46,497 nucleotides of DNA from an uncultured Alphaproteobacteria bacterium (GCA_937928525.1 CALFWJ010000160.1:1-46497), one strand, 5' to 3'. Counted from the stretch's first letter, positions 14,232 to 23,848 are shown. The notes: generated by a model not told the origin, from the letters alone. Made by a program: numbers and translations.

Positions 14232-15117
14232 ATTCGCTGAGCGCGTAGCCGCCAGGCGTGCCCAAAATGGCCGCCGTGGTTTGCGCCGCCGGCCACCCCG
14301 CTGGCTGCACCCGGTTGGCTTAGAGCGCATGTACCTCAACAACCTTGTTGGCCGTGTTGAGCTGCTTGAGCAAGAGGTTATGGCCAGGCTTGTAAAAAGG
14401 CTGCCGCAGCTGGTAGCTCAAGCAGAGGTTAGCCTGGATGTGCGCCAGGATGATTTTGTAGACGACATAAAAGCAATTATGGCCGCGCTGAGCGTTGGCA
14501 TTACAGCCATATATGGCGACATTGAGGACTACGCTTATGGCGTAGGGCTGCAGGTGGCCAATTTTAATGCCGAGCAGTACAAGCGGGTTATTAAAAGCAC
14601 CCTGGGCGTAGACCCGTTTATTAACGATTCGTTTTTGCAGCAACGCCTCAAAGTCTTTGCCGCTCAAAACGCAACGCTTATACAAAGTATACCGCGCGAG
14701 CTGCTAAAGGATGTTGAGGGCGTGGTGCTGCGCGGCTTAACCAACGGCGAATCTGTAGCGACAATGCAGCGCGATATACAAGCCAGGTTTAAGGTGAGTA
14801 AAGCGCGCGCTAGGCTTATTGCGCGCGACCAAACCGGTAAGCTAAACGCGCAGCTTACTGAGGTGCGCCAGGAGCGTATAGGCGTTAATGAGTACATATG
14901 GAATAGCGCAGACGATGAGAGAGTGCGCGACAGCCACAAGGTTTTAGATGGTATGGTATGCCAATGGGATAACCCAGCAACGTACCGCCGGCCGGGTAGC
15001 AAAGAGCTGTTACAACGTAGTAGCATAGGCGGGTATGTTGGCGCGCCCGGCAGCGATTACCAGTGCCGGTGCTTTCCCGAACCAATTTTGGAGGATTTAA
15101 TTGATGGCAGCGCATGA
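14206..15117 (+). CDS. Head morphogenesis protein (Mu F / SPP1 gp7 family)
   Basis: EYIWNSADDERVRDSHKVLDGMVCQW is the hallmark MuF motif. The start could be later (for example ATG 14329). Confidence 0.85.
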   Translation: MKTNLKNSKFAERVAARRAQNGRRGLRRRPPRWLHPVGLERMYLNNLVGRVELLEQEVMARLVKRLPQLVAQAEVSLDVRQDDFVDDIKAIMAALSVGITAIYGDIEDYAYGVGLQVANFNAEQYKRVIKSTLGVDPFINDSFLQQRLKVFAAQNATLIQSIPRELLKDVEGVVLRGLTNGESVATMQRDIQARFKVSKARARLIARDQTGKLNAQLTEVRQERIGVNEYIWNSADDERVRDSHKVLDGMVCQWDNPATYRRPGSKELLQRSSIGGYVGAPGSDYQCRCFPEPILEDLIDGSA

Positions 15118-15292
15118 AAAACAGGCAGCTGATTTAGCCTGGGCAGGGCGTAAAATTGCAAAGGCGCAGCAAGATGGCGCATATTGCACCATTGTTGTGC
15201 ACGTAAAAGGCGGTGAAATTATAAAGGCAGAGCGCAACGAGTCGTTTGTGCCGCCAAGCCCCGGCGCGCGCGTGCGAGAAACGGGCAGTTGA
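15104..15292 (+). CDS. Small protein, DUF2292/YezD-like
   Basis: ATG 15104 follows GGAGG. YCTIVVHVKGGEIIKAERNESF resembles the YezD small beta-protein pattern. Confidence 0.5.
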   Translation: MAAHEKQAADLAWAGRKIAKAQQDGAYCTIVVHVKGGEIIKAERNESFVPPSPGARVRETGS

Positions 15293-15317
15293 CAGCCTTT
15301 TGTAATTAAGACATACT
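15289..15317 (+). promoter_or_regulatory. Candidate promoter TTGACA-17-CATACT
   Basis: Consensus -35 at 15289-15294, a 17-nt spacer, -10 at 15312-15317 (4/6 match). Confidence 0.45.
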
Positions 15318-15352
15318 TGTGTTTGTTTATTGCAGGCACTCAAAGAACGAGG

Positions 15353-15383
15353 CCGCACCTGGTTAACGGGTAGCGGTTTTTTT
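15353..15383 (+). terminator. Rho-independent terminator-like hairpin with U7, ending 1 nt before the protease start codon
   Basis: CCGC-A-CCTG pairs with C-GGGT-(A)-GCGG (9 bp, one bulge, one G.U), followed by T7 at 15377-15383. Confidence 0.55.
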
Positions 15384-15384
15384 A

Positions 15385-16542
15385 ATGGATAAAATTTGCA
15401 GATTTGATAGAGGCGCGTTTGATGGCCAGGTGCTAACCACAGAAGAGGGTTATTTGCGCGGTGATGCCGTTGTAACCCGCACCGGCATATTTGTTTACCA
15501 AAACCCAGATGGCACATTGCGCCGCGAGCTGCGCCACCCAGATGATGTGTTTGAGCGCGAGAGCCTGGACAGCCTTAAAATGATTCCTATTACCAACGAG
15601 CACCCGCCTGCCAAGTTGGTAACTGCAGAAAACGCTAAGGAGCTGAGCGTTGGACAGACTGGTGAAAATGTTTTCCCAAACGGCCAAAACCTGCTTACGT
15701 CATTAACAATTACTGCCAGTGATGGTGTAAAGGCCGTGCGAGAGCTTGGCAAAAAAGAGTTAAGCCTGGGGTACACCCTGGACTTAGAAAAGGAGGACGG
15801 AGAGTATAACGGCCAGCGGTACGACCACCGCCAGCGCAATATACGCTACAACCACCTTGCAATAGTTGACCGCGCCCGTGCTGGCGGCGCAGCCCGACTT
15901 AATTTAGATGCCGGCGATGCCCTGCAAGTTGATGCAGAACAAACCAAAACTGAACCTAAAAAGGAGCAAAGTAAAATGAGAAAAGTGACCCTTGATGGCA
16001 TTGAATACGATGCCGCGCCAGAGGTTGCCAACGCGCTTACTAAAGCTACCGCCCGTGCAGATAAAGCAGAGGCAACGCTTGAAGAAACGCAAACGGCACT
16101 CGATGAGCAAAAAGCCAACACCGCAAAGGTGGAAGCTGAGCGCGATGAGCTTAAAGAAAAAGCGGAAAACAACGACAGCGCGGAAACAATCCAAGCTGCG
16201 GTTGCTGAGCGTTTGGAGCTTGAGCGCGTTGCAGGCCAGGTGCTTAATGCCGATGAGGCAGAAAAGCTTAAGGATATGAATGGCGGCGAAATTAAAGCTG
16301 CGGTTGTAATGTCCAAACACCCGAATGCTAACCTAGATGGCAAGAGCGATGAGTACGTGCAAGCGCGCTTTGATAGTGTTGTTGAATCCCTTGAGGGCGG
16401 CAATACTACAGCTCAACAAAAAGCCCAAACAGGCGAGCGTAACGATGGCACAAAGGTTGAGAACGATTCCGCTAAGTCGGAAAAGGATGCCTTTGAATCC
16501 ATGAAAAACCAGTACAAAGGCAAAAAGAAGGAGCAAGCATAA
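15385..16542 (+). CDS. Prohead protease/scaffold protein (DUF2213-type N-terminus, coiled-coil C-terminus)
   Basis: EEGYLRGDAVVTRTGIFVYQNPDGTLRRELRHPDDVF...IPITNEHP fits DUF2213. The C-terminal 200 aa are charged coiled coil. No SD precedes the ATG. Confidence 0.75.
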   Translation: MDKICRFDRGAFDGQVLTTEEGYLRGDAVVTRTGIFVYQNPDGTLRRELRHPDDVFERESLDSLKMIPITNEHPPAKLVTAENAKELSVGQTGENVFPNGQNLLTSLTITASDGVKAVRELGKKELSLGYTLDLEKEDGEYNGQRYDHRQRNIRYNHLAIVDRARAGGAARLNLDAGDALQVDAEQTKTEPKKEQSKMRKVTLDGIEYDAAPEVANALTKATARADKAEATLEETQTALDEQKANTAKVEAERDELKEKAENNDSAETIQAAVAERLELERVAGQVLNADEAEKLKDMNGGEIKAAVVMSKHPNANLDGKSDEYVQARFDSVVESLEGGNTTAQQKAQTGERNDGTKVENDSAKSEKDAFESMKNQYKGKKKEQA

Positions 16543-16997
16543 TGTCACAGACTGATGCAGCAAGTTATGGCCATACTTTAACAAAGGCCGAGGCCGGAGC
16601 TAAATACGATATTAGCCCGGACGTTGTGAGCACAAAATCAGCAGAAGAGGCAGTTGCCTTTGGTTTGGCTGTGACTCACGGTACAGACGCAGAAAAGCAG
16701 TGCGAGGTTGTTGATAATGCAGCCGACACGTTTTTGGGCGTTGCTCTTAAACAACAAACCGTTGTGGTGGCTAATGGTGCTACACCAGGCTACGCGGTTA
16801 ACGATGCCGTTTCTATTTTGGAGCAAGGCAAAGTTTGGGTTGAGGTTACTAGCGATGTTACAGCTGGTGCAGCGGCCTATGTTGATGTAAGCAACGGTAA
16901 ATTTACCGATGTTTCCACCAGTAACCTAGCAGTGCCAGGCGGCAAGTTTGAAACCTCTGCGGTTTCCGGCGAGCTTGCAGCACTCACAATCCAGTAA
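16542..16997 (+). CDS. Head decoration/cement-like protein (DUF2190-like)
   Basis: Beta-rich 151-aa protein between scaffold and capsid. GVALKQ...GKVWVEV...AGAAAYVD pattern; AAGGAG RBS. Confidence 0.5.
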   Translation: MSQTDAASYGHTLTKAEAGAKYDISPDVVSTKSAEEAVAFGLAVTHGTDAEKQCEVVDNAADTFLGVALKQQTVVVANGATPGYAVNDAVSILEQGKVWVEVTSDVTAGAAAYVDVSNGKFTDVSTSNLAVPGGKFETSAVSGELAALTIQ

Positions 16998-17011
16998 GGA
17001 GAAAAAGACCG

Positions 17012-17962
17012 ATGAAAAACCGTAATTTCATTAACCTGGACGCTGGCGAAACGGTATTTTTTACCCGTGAGCTTGAGTCAATTAAGAGCCAAACGTATGA
17101 TGTGCTTAAAGCACCGCTACGTGCGTTTACGCTCATTCCTGTGGATTCTACAGTCGGCAACGGCGCAGAATCCATTGTTTACCAACAGTACGACATGGTG
17201 GGTATCGCCAAGGTTATTGCAAACTATGCAGACGACCTGCCGCGTGCCGATGTAGTTGGCAAAGAGTTTACCGCTAAGATTAAATCTGTCGGTGACTCCT
17301 ACGGCTACAGCCTGCAAGATATTCGCGCAGCACAATATGCCGGCAAGCCCCTTACACAGCGTAAGGCTAATGCCGCAGTACGTGCACAGCAAGAAGCATG
17401 GAATCGCATTGCCTTTTATGGTGACGCGGAAAACGGCTTGCCAGGTTGGTTAACCAACCCGAATATCCCTAGCACCTCTGCACCTGCCGATGGCGCAGGA
17501 AGCGCAACAACATTTGCCAGCAAAACGCCTGTGCAAATTTTGCGTGACCTTAACGCCCTGGTAAATGCGATTGTTACTTTGACAAAAGGCGCAGAAAAGC
17601 CAAACACTTTGGCTTTGCCTATTGACCAGTACACGCTTATTGCCACAACGGTATATGGCACAGCCAGCGACACAACAATTATGGAGATGTTCCTTAAGAA
17701 CAGCCCATACATTGATACTGTGGAGTGGGCAGATGAGTTGTCAGCTGAGAACTTGGCCGCCGCTGGTGTTACGGACTTTACAGGCGATATTGCTATTGCC
17801 TATGATCGTAACCCGGACAAACTCACATTTGAAATGCCACAGCCGTTTGAGCAGCTGCCGGTACAAGAGCGTGGGCTTGAGTATATCGTGCCTTGCCACA
17901 GCCGTGTGGCCGGGGTGTTGGTTTACTACCCATTGAGCATGAATATCCTAGAGGGTATTTAA
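17012..17962 (+). CDS. Major capsid protein (DUF2184-type, HK97-like fold)
   Basis: LDAGETVFFTRELESIKSQTYDVLKAPLRAFTLIPV and 316-aa size fit DUF2184 capsid proteins. Strong RBS; a terminator follows. Confidence 0.8.
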   Translation: MKNRNFINLDAGETVFFTRELESIKSQTYDVLKAPLRAFTLIPVDSTVGNGAESIVYQQYDMVGIAKVIANYADDLPRADVVGKEFTAKIKSVGDSYGYSLQDIRAAQYAGKPLTQRKANAAVRAQQEAWNRIAFYGDAENGLPGWLTNPNIPSTSAPADGAGSATTFASKTPVQILRDLNALVNAIVTLTKGAEKPNTLALPIDQYTLIATTVYGTASDTTIMEMFLKNSPYIDTVEWADELSAENLAAAGVTDFTGDIAIAYDRNPDKLTFEMPQPFEQLPVQERGLEYIVPCHSRVAGVLVYYPLSMNILEGI

Positions 17963-17977
17963 GCCTAACTGTTTAAG

Positions 17978-18000
17978 GGGTGGGCACTGCCCACCCTTTT
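17978..18000 (+). terminator. Rho-independent terminator after the capsid gene
   Basis: Stem GGGTGGGC/GCCCACCC (8 bp), loop ACT, then TTTT. Confidence 0.75.
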
Positions 18001-18027
18001 CACTCAACCATTAAGGAGCATTTTAAA

Positions 18028-18450
18028 ATGTCTAAGATTGTAACGATCAAAAACACAAAGCCGCGCATTTACACAATGAACGGCGTTACTTTGCAGCCTG
18101 GCCTCAACAAGTTTGATGAGGACAAAGCCGCAAAATTTTTGGAACACCCGCACGCGCAAATTAAAATTGAAGCTGGTATTTTTGAAGTTGGCAAAGGTAA
18201 AGCACCTGCCGCTAAAAAAGCAGCCGACAATGGCGATAAAGGCAATGGCGGCGATGCTGGCGGCAATGAGCCTACAGCTGCAGAGCTTATTGAAATTATC
18301 GAAAAAACAGAAGACCGTGAGCTGCTTGCTACTGCAAGCGGAGATTCGCGCGTAACTGTTAAGCGCGCTGCAGAAGCCCGTATTGAAGAGCTTGACGCAG
18401 CGGCCGCAGCCGCAGCCGGAAACGAAGGTACTGAGGGCGACAACGAGTAA
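18028..18450 (+). CDS. Hypothetical protein with acidic/Ala-rich C-terminus (140 aa)
   Basis: Lies in ORF 17980..18450. ATG 18028 follows AAGGAG. Confidence 0.6.
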   Translation: MSKIVTIKNTKPRIYTMNGVTLQPGLNKFDEDKAAKFLEHPHAQIKIEAGIFEVGKGKAPAAKKAADNGDKGNGGDAGGNEPTAAELIEIIEKTEDRELLATASGDSRVTVKRAAEARIEELDAAAAAAAGNEGTEGDNE

Positions 18451-18785
18451 TGTCCTTAGATGCCACGCTTTTAGTTTTAGCCCCGGAGCTTGCCGATATT
18501 ACAGAGGCAGACCGCGCCGCTGTGGCTCAATTAGCGGCTTTAAGCGTTGGCACAGCCTTTGGCGATAAACAAGAACTTGCAACCGCCTACCTCACAGCCC
18601 ACATGCTTACAATGCGTGGCCGGGCTGGGGTGGGCGGTTCAGTTAAAAGCTTAAAAGAGGGCGATTTGAGCCTTACATATAGCGGCAGCATGAGCGATGA
18701 TGCGCTAAGCAACACAAGTTACGGGCAGGAATACTGCCGCCTTAAAGCGGAGTGCGTTTTTAGCGCACGCACCAGGAGCGTTTAA
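18450..18785 (+). CDS. Head-tail connector protein (DUF4054-type)
   Basis: LAPELADITEADRAAVAQLAALSVGTAFGDKQELATAYLTAHMLT matches the DUF4054 pattern. Confidence 0.7.
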   Translation: MSLDATLLVLAPELADITEADRAAVAQLAALSVGTAFGDKQELATAYLTAHMLTMRGRAGVGGSVKSLKEGDLSLTYSGSMSDDALSNTSYGQEYCRLKAECVFSARTRSV

Positions 18786-19256
18786 ATGGGCATGAAAGTG
18801 CGAGATAAAGACCACGGCTGGAATCGCATTAAGCGCGAGGTAAAAGGCATGCGCAATTTAAAGGTGCGCATTGGCTTGCTTGCCGACTCTGGCACATACC
18901 CTGCAGACGAAAACGGCGACCAGGCCAATATTGCTGAGGTTGCTTATTATAACGAGTTTGGCACGCGCCGGGGCATACCTGAGCGGCCTTTTATCCGTAC
19001 GGCACACGATGAGAACAAGGATAAATACGCCAAGCAGCTGCGCAAAGAGCTGGAAGATGTATTTGCCGGCACAAAAACTGTGCGCATTGCTTTGGAGCGC
19101 GTAGGGGCTTTGGCGCAAGGCCATGTGCGTAAAAAAATACGCGACATTAAGCGGCCAGCCAACAAGCCCAGCACTATTGCCGCAAAAGGCAGCTCTAACC
19201 CTCTTATAGACACAGCCACCATGTTAAAGGCTGTAGATTATGAGGTAAAAACATGA
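18786..19256 (+). CDS. HK97 gp10-family neck protein
   Basis: IAEVAYYNEFGTRRGIPERPFIR is the gp10-family signature. Confidence 0.7.
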   Translation: MGMKVRDKDHGWNRIKREVKGMRNLKVRIGLLADSGTYPADENGDQANIAEVAYYNEFGTRRGIPERPFIRTAHDENKDKYAKQLRKELEDVFAGTKTVRIALERVGALAQGHVRKKIRDIKRPANKPSTIAAKGSSNPLIDTATMLKAVDYEVKT

Positions 19257-19603
19257 GTCCGTTTGATGCCTTACGCAAAAACTTAACTGTGCGCCGGCCA
19301 GCTGCCGGCAGCTACGTTAATGGCCGCTGGGTAGAAGCTGGGCAGCCTACAGAGCTTACAGTAAAAGCGAGCGTGCAGCCTGCCAGCACTGAGGAGCTTG
19401 AAACGCTGCCAGAGGCGCGCCGTACCCAGGGCGTTTACAAGCTTTATAGCAGCACGCGCTTCCAGAGCGTGCAGGAAAACGCCAATAACCCGGATATTGT
19501 TGTTATAGATAATGACGATTATGAGGTTATGAGCTGCCAGCCCTGGCAAAACAACCTCATTAACCATTACAAGGCTTTGGCCGCGAGGGTGCAGCCGGCA
19601 TGA
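19253..19603 (+). CDS. Hypothetical neck/head-closure protein
   Basis: ATGA-coupled ORF in the neck gene position. Confidence 0.55.
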   Translation: MSPFDALRKNLTVRRPAAGSYVNGRWVEAGQPTELTVKASVQPASTEELETLPEARRTQGVYKLYSSTRFQSVQENANNPDIVVIDNDDYEVMSCQPWQNNLINHYKALAARVQPA

Positions 19604-20139
19604 TTACACACGCAGATATATTTGATAAAGTGCGCACCTGGATTGTTGATAATGTTGCCGCAGAGGTTGGCGATAAAGTTATTGAGGCTAACCAAAACGC
19701 GCCCCGGCCGGCACGGCCGTACATTAGCGTGCTGGTGACAACCACAACGCAAAAAGAGCATAGCAATGAAAGCCACCCAGGCGATACAGGCATGGCAAGC
19801 ATTGAAAACGAATTAAGCTGCATGGTGAGTGTGCAGTGCATTGGCGAAAACGCCAAAACAATAATGGGCAACCTGCGGCAAACGCTGGAAAAACCAACGG
19901 TGCTGCAAAGCTTACGCGCTGCCGGGCTGCCTTTTATACGTGTGCTTAGCGGCGTAAACGATCTTACGGAGCAAACGGGCACACAATACGAGGAGCGCGC
20001 CGGGGTAGATATAGAATTTAGAGCAGCTGCCGTTGTCATTGACGAGGTAGGTGTGATAGAATCCGTTGAAGGCGCGGCCACACACGAACGCCCAGGCGGC
20101 GAGAGTACAACATTAAACTACAGCATAGGAGCAAGTTAA
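19600..20139 (+). CDS. Neck/tail terminator-like protein
   Basis: ATGA-coupled ORF directly upstream of the sheath gene. The NQNAPRPARPYISV motif resembles tail-completion proteins. Confidence 0.5.
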   Translation: MITHADIFDKVRTWIVDNVAAEVGDKVIEANQNAPRPARPYISVLVTTTTQKEHSNESHPGDTGMASIENELSCMVSVQCIGENAKTIMGNLRQTLEKPTVLQSLRAAGLPFIRVLSGVNDLTEQTGTQYEERAGVDIEFRAAAVVIDEVGVIESVEGAATHERPGGESTTLNYSIGAS

Positions 20140-20140
20140 A

Positions 20141-21184
20141 ATGCCTGATTTAGATGATATTATCAGCGTGCAAATTAGCCGCGAAACAGAATCCGTTGAC
20201 CGTGAAAACTTCGGCGTACCGTTATTTTTGGTAGCAGAGGCCACACTGGCAGCCGCTATTACAGACCGTGTAAAAGCCTACAGCAATATTGATGCTGTGG
20301 CAGATGATTATGCGGCTACCGACTCAGCATATAAAATGGCCTTGGCGGCATTTAGCCAAGAGATACGGCCAAACCGTATTAAAATTGGTAAAAAAGCCAG
20401 TGACGAAACTTTTGTTGAGGCTTTGCAAGAGTGCGTGGACACAGACAACGACTGGTACGGCCTTGCGGTTGATACGGTTGACGCGGCCACTATTGTGCTT
20501 ATTGCGGCATGGGTTGAGGCGCGCACCAAAATTTACATTGCACGCAGCGCAGATGCCGATATTTTAACCACAGCTACGGACGATGTAGCCAGCACGCTGG
20601 ACGCTGCAGAATATGACCGCACAGCGGTTATGTACCACAGCATTGCCGCAGCTGGTAACCAGTACATTGATGCAGCTTGGTTAGGCGATTGCTTGCCGCG
20701 CGACCCTGGCAGCCAAACTTGGATGTTTAAAACACTCAATGGCATTACTTTTGATGGCCTTACAGCTGCTCAAAAAGATAACGCTTTGGGCAAAAACGCC
20801 AACACATACCAGCGTATTGCTGGTGTTAATGTGACGCAGCAAGGCACAATGGCCGGCGGCGAGTACATTGATATTATCCGTGGCATTGATTGGTTGACTG
20901 CACGCATTAAAGAGCGGATTTTCACGCGCCTTATTAACGCGCCAAAAATCCCTTACACCAACAAAGGTATTGCCATTATTGAGGCGCAGGTGCGTGAGCA
21001 GCTGGACATTGCCGTTGATAGGCAGCTTATTGCGCCAGAGCCAGAATACACGGTTACTGTGCCTGATGTGCTGGACACGGACGAGCTGGACAGGCAAAAC
21101 CGCCAGCTTAAAGAGGTTGACTTCCGGGCGCGCTTGGCCGGGGCAATACATTATGTTGAAATTCGCGGCGCAGTTTTCGCCTAA
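20141..21184 (+). CDS. Tail sheath protein (DUF3383-type)
   Basis: 347 aa with an AGGAG RBS, followed by the tube gene. Sequence and position fit DUF3383 sheath proteins. Confidence 0.7.
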   Translation: MPDLDDIISVQISRETESVDRENFGVPLFLVAEATLAAAITDRVKAYSNIDAVADDYAATDSAYKMALAAFSQEIRPNRIKIGKKASDETFVEALQECVDTDNDWYGLAVDTVDAATIVLIAAWVEARTKIYIARSADADILTTATDDVASTLDAAEYDRTAVMYHSIAAAGNQYIDAAWLGDCLPRDPGSQTWMFKTLNGITFDGLTAAQKDNALGKNANTYQRIAGVNVTQQGTMAGGEYIDIIRGIDWLTARIKERIFTRLINAPKIPYTNKGIAIIEAQVREQLDIAVDRQLIAPEPEYTVTVPDVLDTDELDRQNRQLKEVDFRARLAGAIHYVEIRGAVFA

Positions 21185-21203
21185 AACCTAAAGGAGCAAA
21201 AAA

Positions 21204-21650
21204 ATGGATGGAGTAAGAACCTACGACCCAAACGATGTGCAAATTATTATGGGCGGCGTTGCGCTTAGCGGCTTTGCTGATGGCACATTTATTAACGTGG
21301 CGTACGATGAGGACTTGTACAACAAAACGGTTGGTGCTGATGGCGAAGTAAGCCGCAGCAAAACTAACAACCGCTGTGCAACCGTTGCCGTAACGCTTAA
21401 GCAAACCAGCTCAAGCAACGATGAGCTTAGCGCGTTTTATGCAGCCGATGAGCTTAACAATGGCGGTGTTGTGCCTCTTATGATTAAGGAGATTGGCAGC
21501 GGCCGCACGCTTGTTTTTGCGCAGGCAGCTTGGGTGCAAAAGTTACCAGATACCGGCTACAGCAAGGATGTTGAAGACCGAGCCTGGACAATCGCCACAG
21601 CACAGCTTAAAACCTTTATTGGTGGTAACGCTAGTAACGGAGGCAGCTAA
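21204..21650 (+). CDS. Tail tube protein (DUF3277-type)
   Basis: YDPNDVQIIMGGVALSGFADGTFINVAYDED...VGADGEVSRS...ATVAVTLKQTSSSNDELS fits DUF3277. Confidence 0.7.
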   Translation: MDGVRTYDPNDVQIIMGGVALSGFADGTFINVAYDEDLYNKTVGADGEVSRSKTNNRCATVAVTLKQTSSSNDELSAFYAADELNNGGVVPLMIKEIGSGRTLVFAQAAWVQKLPDTGYSKDVEDRAWTIATAQLKTFIGGNASNGGS

Positions 21651-22078
21651 TGCTTGAGAAGCACGAACGCGAAATAAACGATGTACCTTACACGGTTGAG
21701 CATTTCCCAGCCATGAAAGGCATGCGTATTGCCGTGAGGCTTGCCAAAACCTTTGGCGGCGGTATTGGTGAAGCGGCGGCCGGTGGGGTTGAGTCGGTTA
21801 TGGATATGGACATAGCGGCTGTAGTGCAGGGCATTACCTCAAACCTTGATGAAGAAGAAACGCCAAAGCTTATTTTGGAGCTTATGGCCAACACTGAGCG
21901 CAACGGCGTTAAAATTACCAAAGAGGTTTTTGACAAAGTATATGCGGCCAATTATGGCGAGCTTTTAAAAGCTCTGCAGTTTGTCCTTGAGGTAAATTTT
22001 GGGGGTTTTATCGGGGCGTTGGCTCAAGCCGGGAATATTGGCGGCGCACCACAAGCCAACGCCGAGGCAAAAGAGTAA
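21650..22078 (+). CDS. Tail assembly chaperone (G-like, zero-frame product)
   Basis: 142-aa ORF between tube and tape measure. Confidence 0.7.
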   Translation: MLEKHEREINDVPYTVEHFPAMKGMRIAVRLAKTFGGGIGEAAAGGVESVMDMDIAAVVQGITSNLDEEETPKLILELMANTERNGVKITKEVFDKVYAANYGELLKALQFVLEVNFGGFIGALAQAGNIGGAPQANAEAKE

Positions 22079-22266
22079 AAGTACCGGGCGAATTAAACCC
22101 GGTGCTGCAGTCAGAATTTCCTTTGTGGCGGCTTGTTGTAAAGCGAGTGGCCACGTTAACCGAATTAGAAACCAGCTGGAGTCTCGATGATGTAGCCAAG
22201 GCTAATGCGCTACTAGATATGGAGCACGATATACAGGAGGCAAATACACCAGATGCTAGTACGTGA
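21650..22266 (+). CDS. Tail assembly chaperone -1 frameshift product (GT-like)
   Basis: The -1 frame is open from 21991 to the TGA at 22264-22266. It encodes ...ATLTELETSWSLDDVAKANALLDMEHDIQEANTPDAST and fills the otherwise empty 22079-22252 gap. Confidence 0.6.
22003..22009 (+). other. Candidate -1 slippery heptamer G GGT TTT
   Basis: It fits the X XXY YYZ pattern in the zero frame (ggG GGT TTT) inside the -1 open window. An alternative A AAA G slip site lies at 22069-22073. Confidence 0.5.
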
Positions 22267-23848
22267 ATTGCTTTTTGAGCTTGGTTTTGATGATGCGAGA
22301 GCCACAAAAAACGCCAAGCGTTTTGACAAGGTTATTAAAGGCGTAAAGCGCAATGTTGTGCGCCTAGGTGCTGCCGCCGGTGCTGCCGCAGTTACCTTGG
22401 GCGCAAAAGCCCTGCAGGCCGGTAATGATTACCAGGAAATGAGCAACAAAATTAAGCTGGTTACAAACAACCTGCATGAGCTTAAAACCGCCCAGCAAGG
22501 TGTTTTTGACATTTCGCAACGCGCGCGTACAAGTCTTGAGGCCAGCACAGATTTATATTTTGGGTTTAGTAAGGCTGCAGAGCAGTACGGTATAAGCCAA
22601 GAGCGCATTTTAAGAATCACCGAAACAACCGCTAAGCTGGCTACGCTTGCTAGTAACAAAGACCCCGCCGGTACAAACGCCGCTTTATTCCAGCTGCGCC
22701 AGGGAATCATGTCTGGGCAGCTACGTGGCCAGGAATTAAACTCAGTGCTTGAGCAGGCGACTCCCGTTGCAGATGCTATTGCTGCCGGCATGGGCATACC
22801 TTTTAGCGAGATTCGCAAGCAGGCAGAGCAAGGTAAAATTACAGGTATTGCGGTGCTTAAGGCTCTTGAGAGCCAGGCGGCCATGACAGATGAGCAGTTT
22901 GCTAAAATGGATAGAACGGCGCGCCAGGCACGCACGCAGTTTAGAAACGCCTTTGGCTTTTACGCCGGCCGTGTGGCAGAGGATGGCGATGCTATACAGG
23001 CGCAAATTGAGTTTTGGGATGCGCTGCGCGATATTGTAAGTAGCGATTCGTTTCGCGGCAGCCTTATTTTTGGCTTAAAAACAATGACAGCCCTTATTAA
23101 AGCTGCCGGCGCGGCCATTGAGGCCATAAATGGCGTTATTGATAAAGTGGGCGGCCTGGGCGATGCTATGCGCCTTTTGGCCAGTGCCATGCTTGCCGTT
23201 GTTATTATGAGCACAGTAAAAGCTTTGCCAACCATAGCACTTTGGAGCTGGTATCTGGCTGGCTTAACAGCCAACGCTATTGCGGCCGCTGGTGGTTTTT
23301 GGGCTTTGGCTGGTGGTGTTCTTGCCGCCACCTGGCCTATACTGGCAATAGTAGCTGCTATGGGCATTTTAATACTCATTATAGATGATTTAATAACATG
23401 GCTGCAGGGCGGCGAATCACAAATAGCCAGGCTTTTTAATAAGCAAATATGGCTTGATTACCTTTGGGCGTTTAAGCAGGTTTTTGCCGGCATTAAGGGC
23501 TATTTTAAAGGCTGGGTTGATTGGTTTATGCAGGCTATAAGCCCTGTGCTAAATGCCATAGACAGCGTTAAAGGTGGCTTGAGCCGGCTTAAAAATAGCA
23601 ATTTTAACCCTGGTAATTGGTTTGATGGCAAAGATAACGCCAGCACGCAAGGCAGTGCGGCTGCGCTTTTAGGCAGCCGCAGCGTAAGCCAAAGCAATGT
23701 GTTTAGCCCACAGGTGGCAATTACAGTGCCGCCGGGCACAATGCGCGAGCAGGTTGATTATATGGACAACCGATTCCAAGGTATGATGGACGATCATTTT
23801 GCACGCCAGCTGCGTGAGGCGCGCAACAATTACCCGGAGGTTGAATAA
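22253..23848 (+). CDS. Tail tape measure protein
   Basis: 531 aa with a helical N-terminal half and hydrophobic Ala/Gly/Leu-rich central TM-like segments. It sits in the position after the chaperone. Confidence 0.8.
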   Translation: MLVRELLFELGFDDARATKNAKRFDKVIKGVKRNVVRLGAAAGAAAVTLGAKALQAGNDYQEMSNKIKLVTNNLHELKTAQQGVFDISQRARTSLEASTDLYFGFSKAAEQYGISQERILRITETTAKLATLASNKDPAGTNAALFQLRQGIMSGQLRGQELNSVLEQATPVADAIAAGMGIPFSEIRKQAEQGKITGIAVLKALESQAAMTDEQFAKMDRTARQARTQFRNAFGFYAGRVAEDGDAIQAQIEFWDALRDIVSSDSFRGSLIFGLKTMTALIKAAGAAIEAINGVIDKVGGLGDAMRLLASAMLAVVIMSTVKALPTIALWSWYLAGLTANAIAAAGGFWALAGGVLAATWPILAIVAAMGILILIIDDLITWLQGGESQIARLFNKQIWLDYLWAFKQVFAGIKGYFKGWVDWFMQAISPVLNAIDSVKGGLSRLKNSNFNPGNWFDGKDNASTQGSAAALLGSRSVSQSNVFSPQVAITVPPGTMREQVDYMDNRFQGMMDDHFARQLREARNNYPEVE

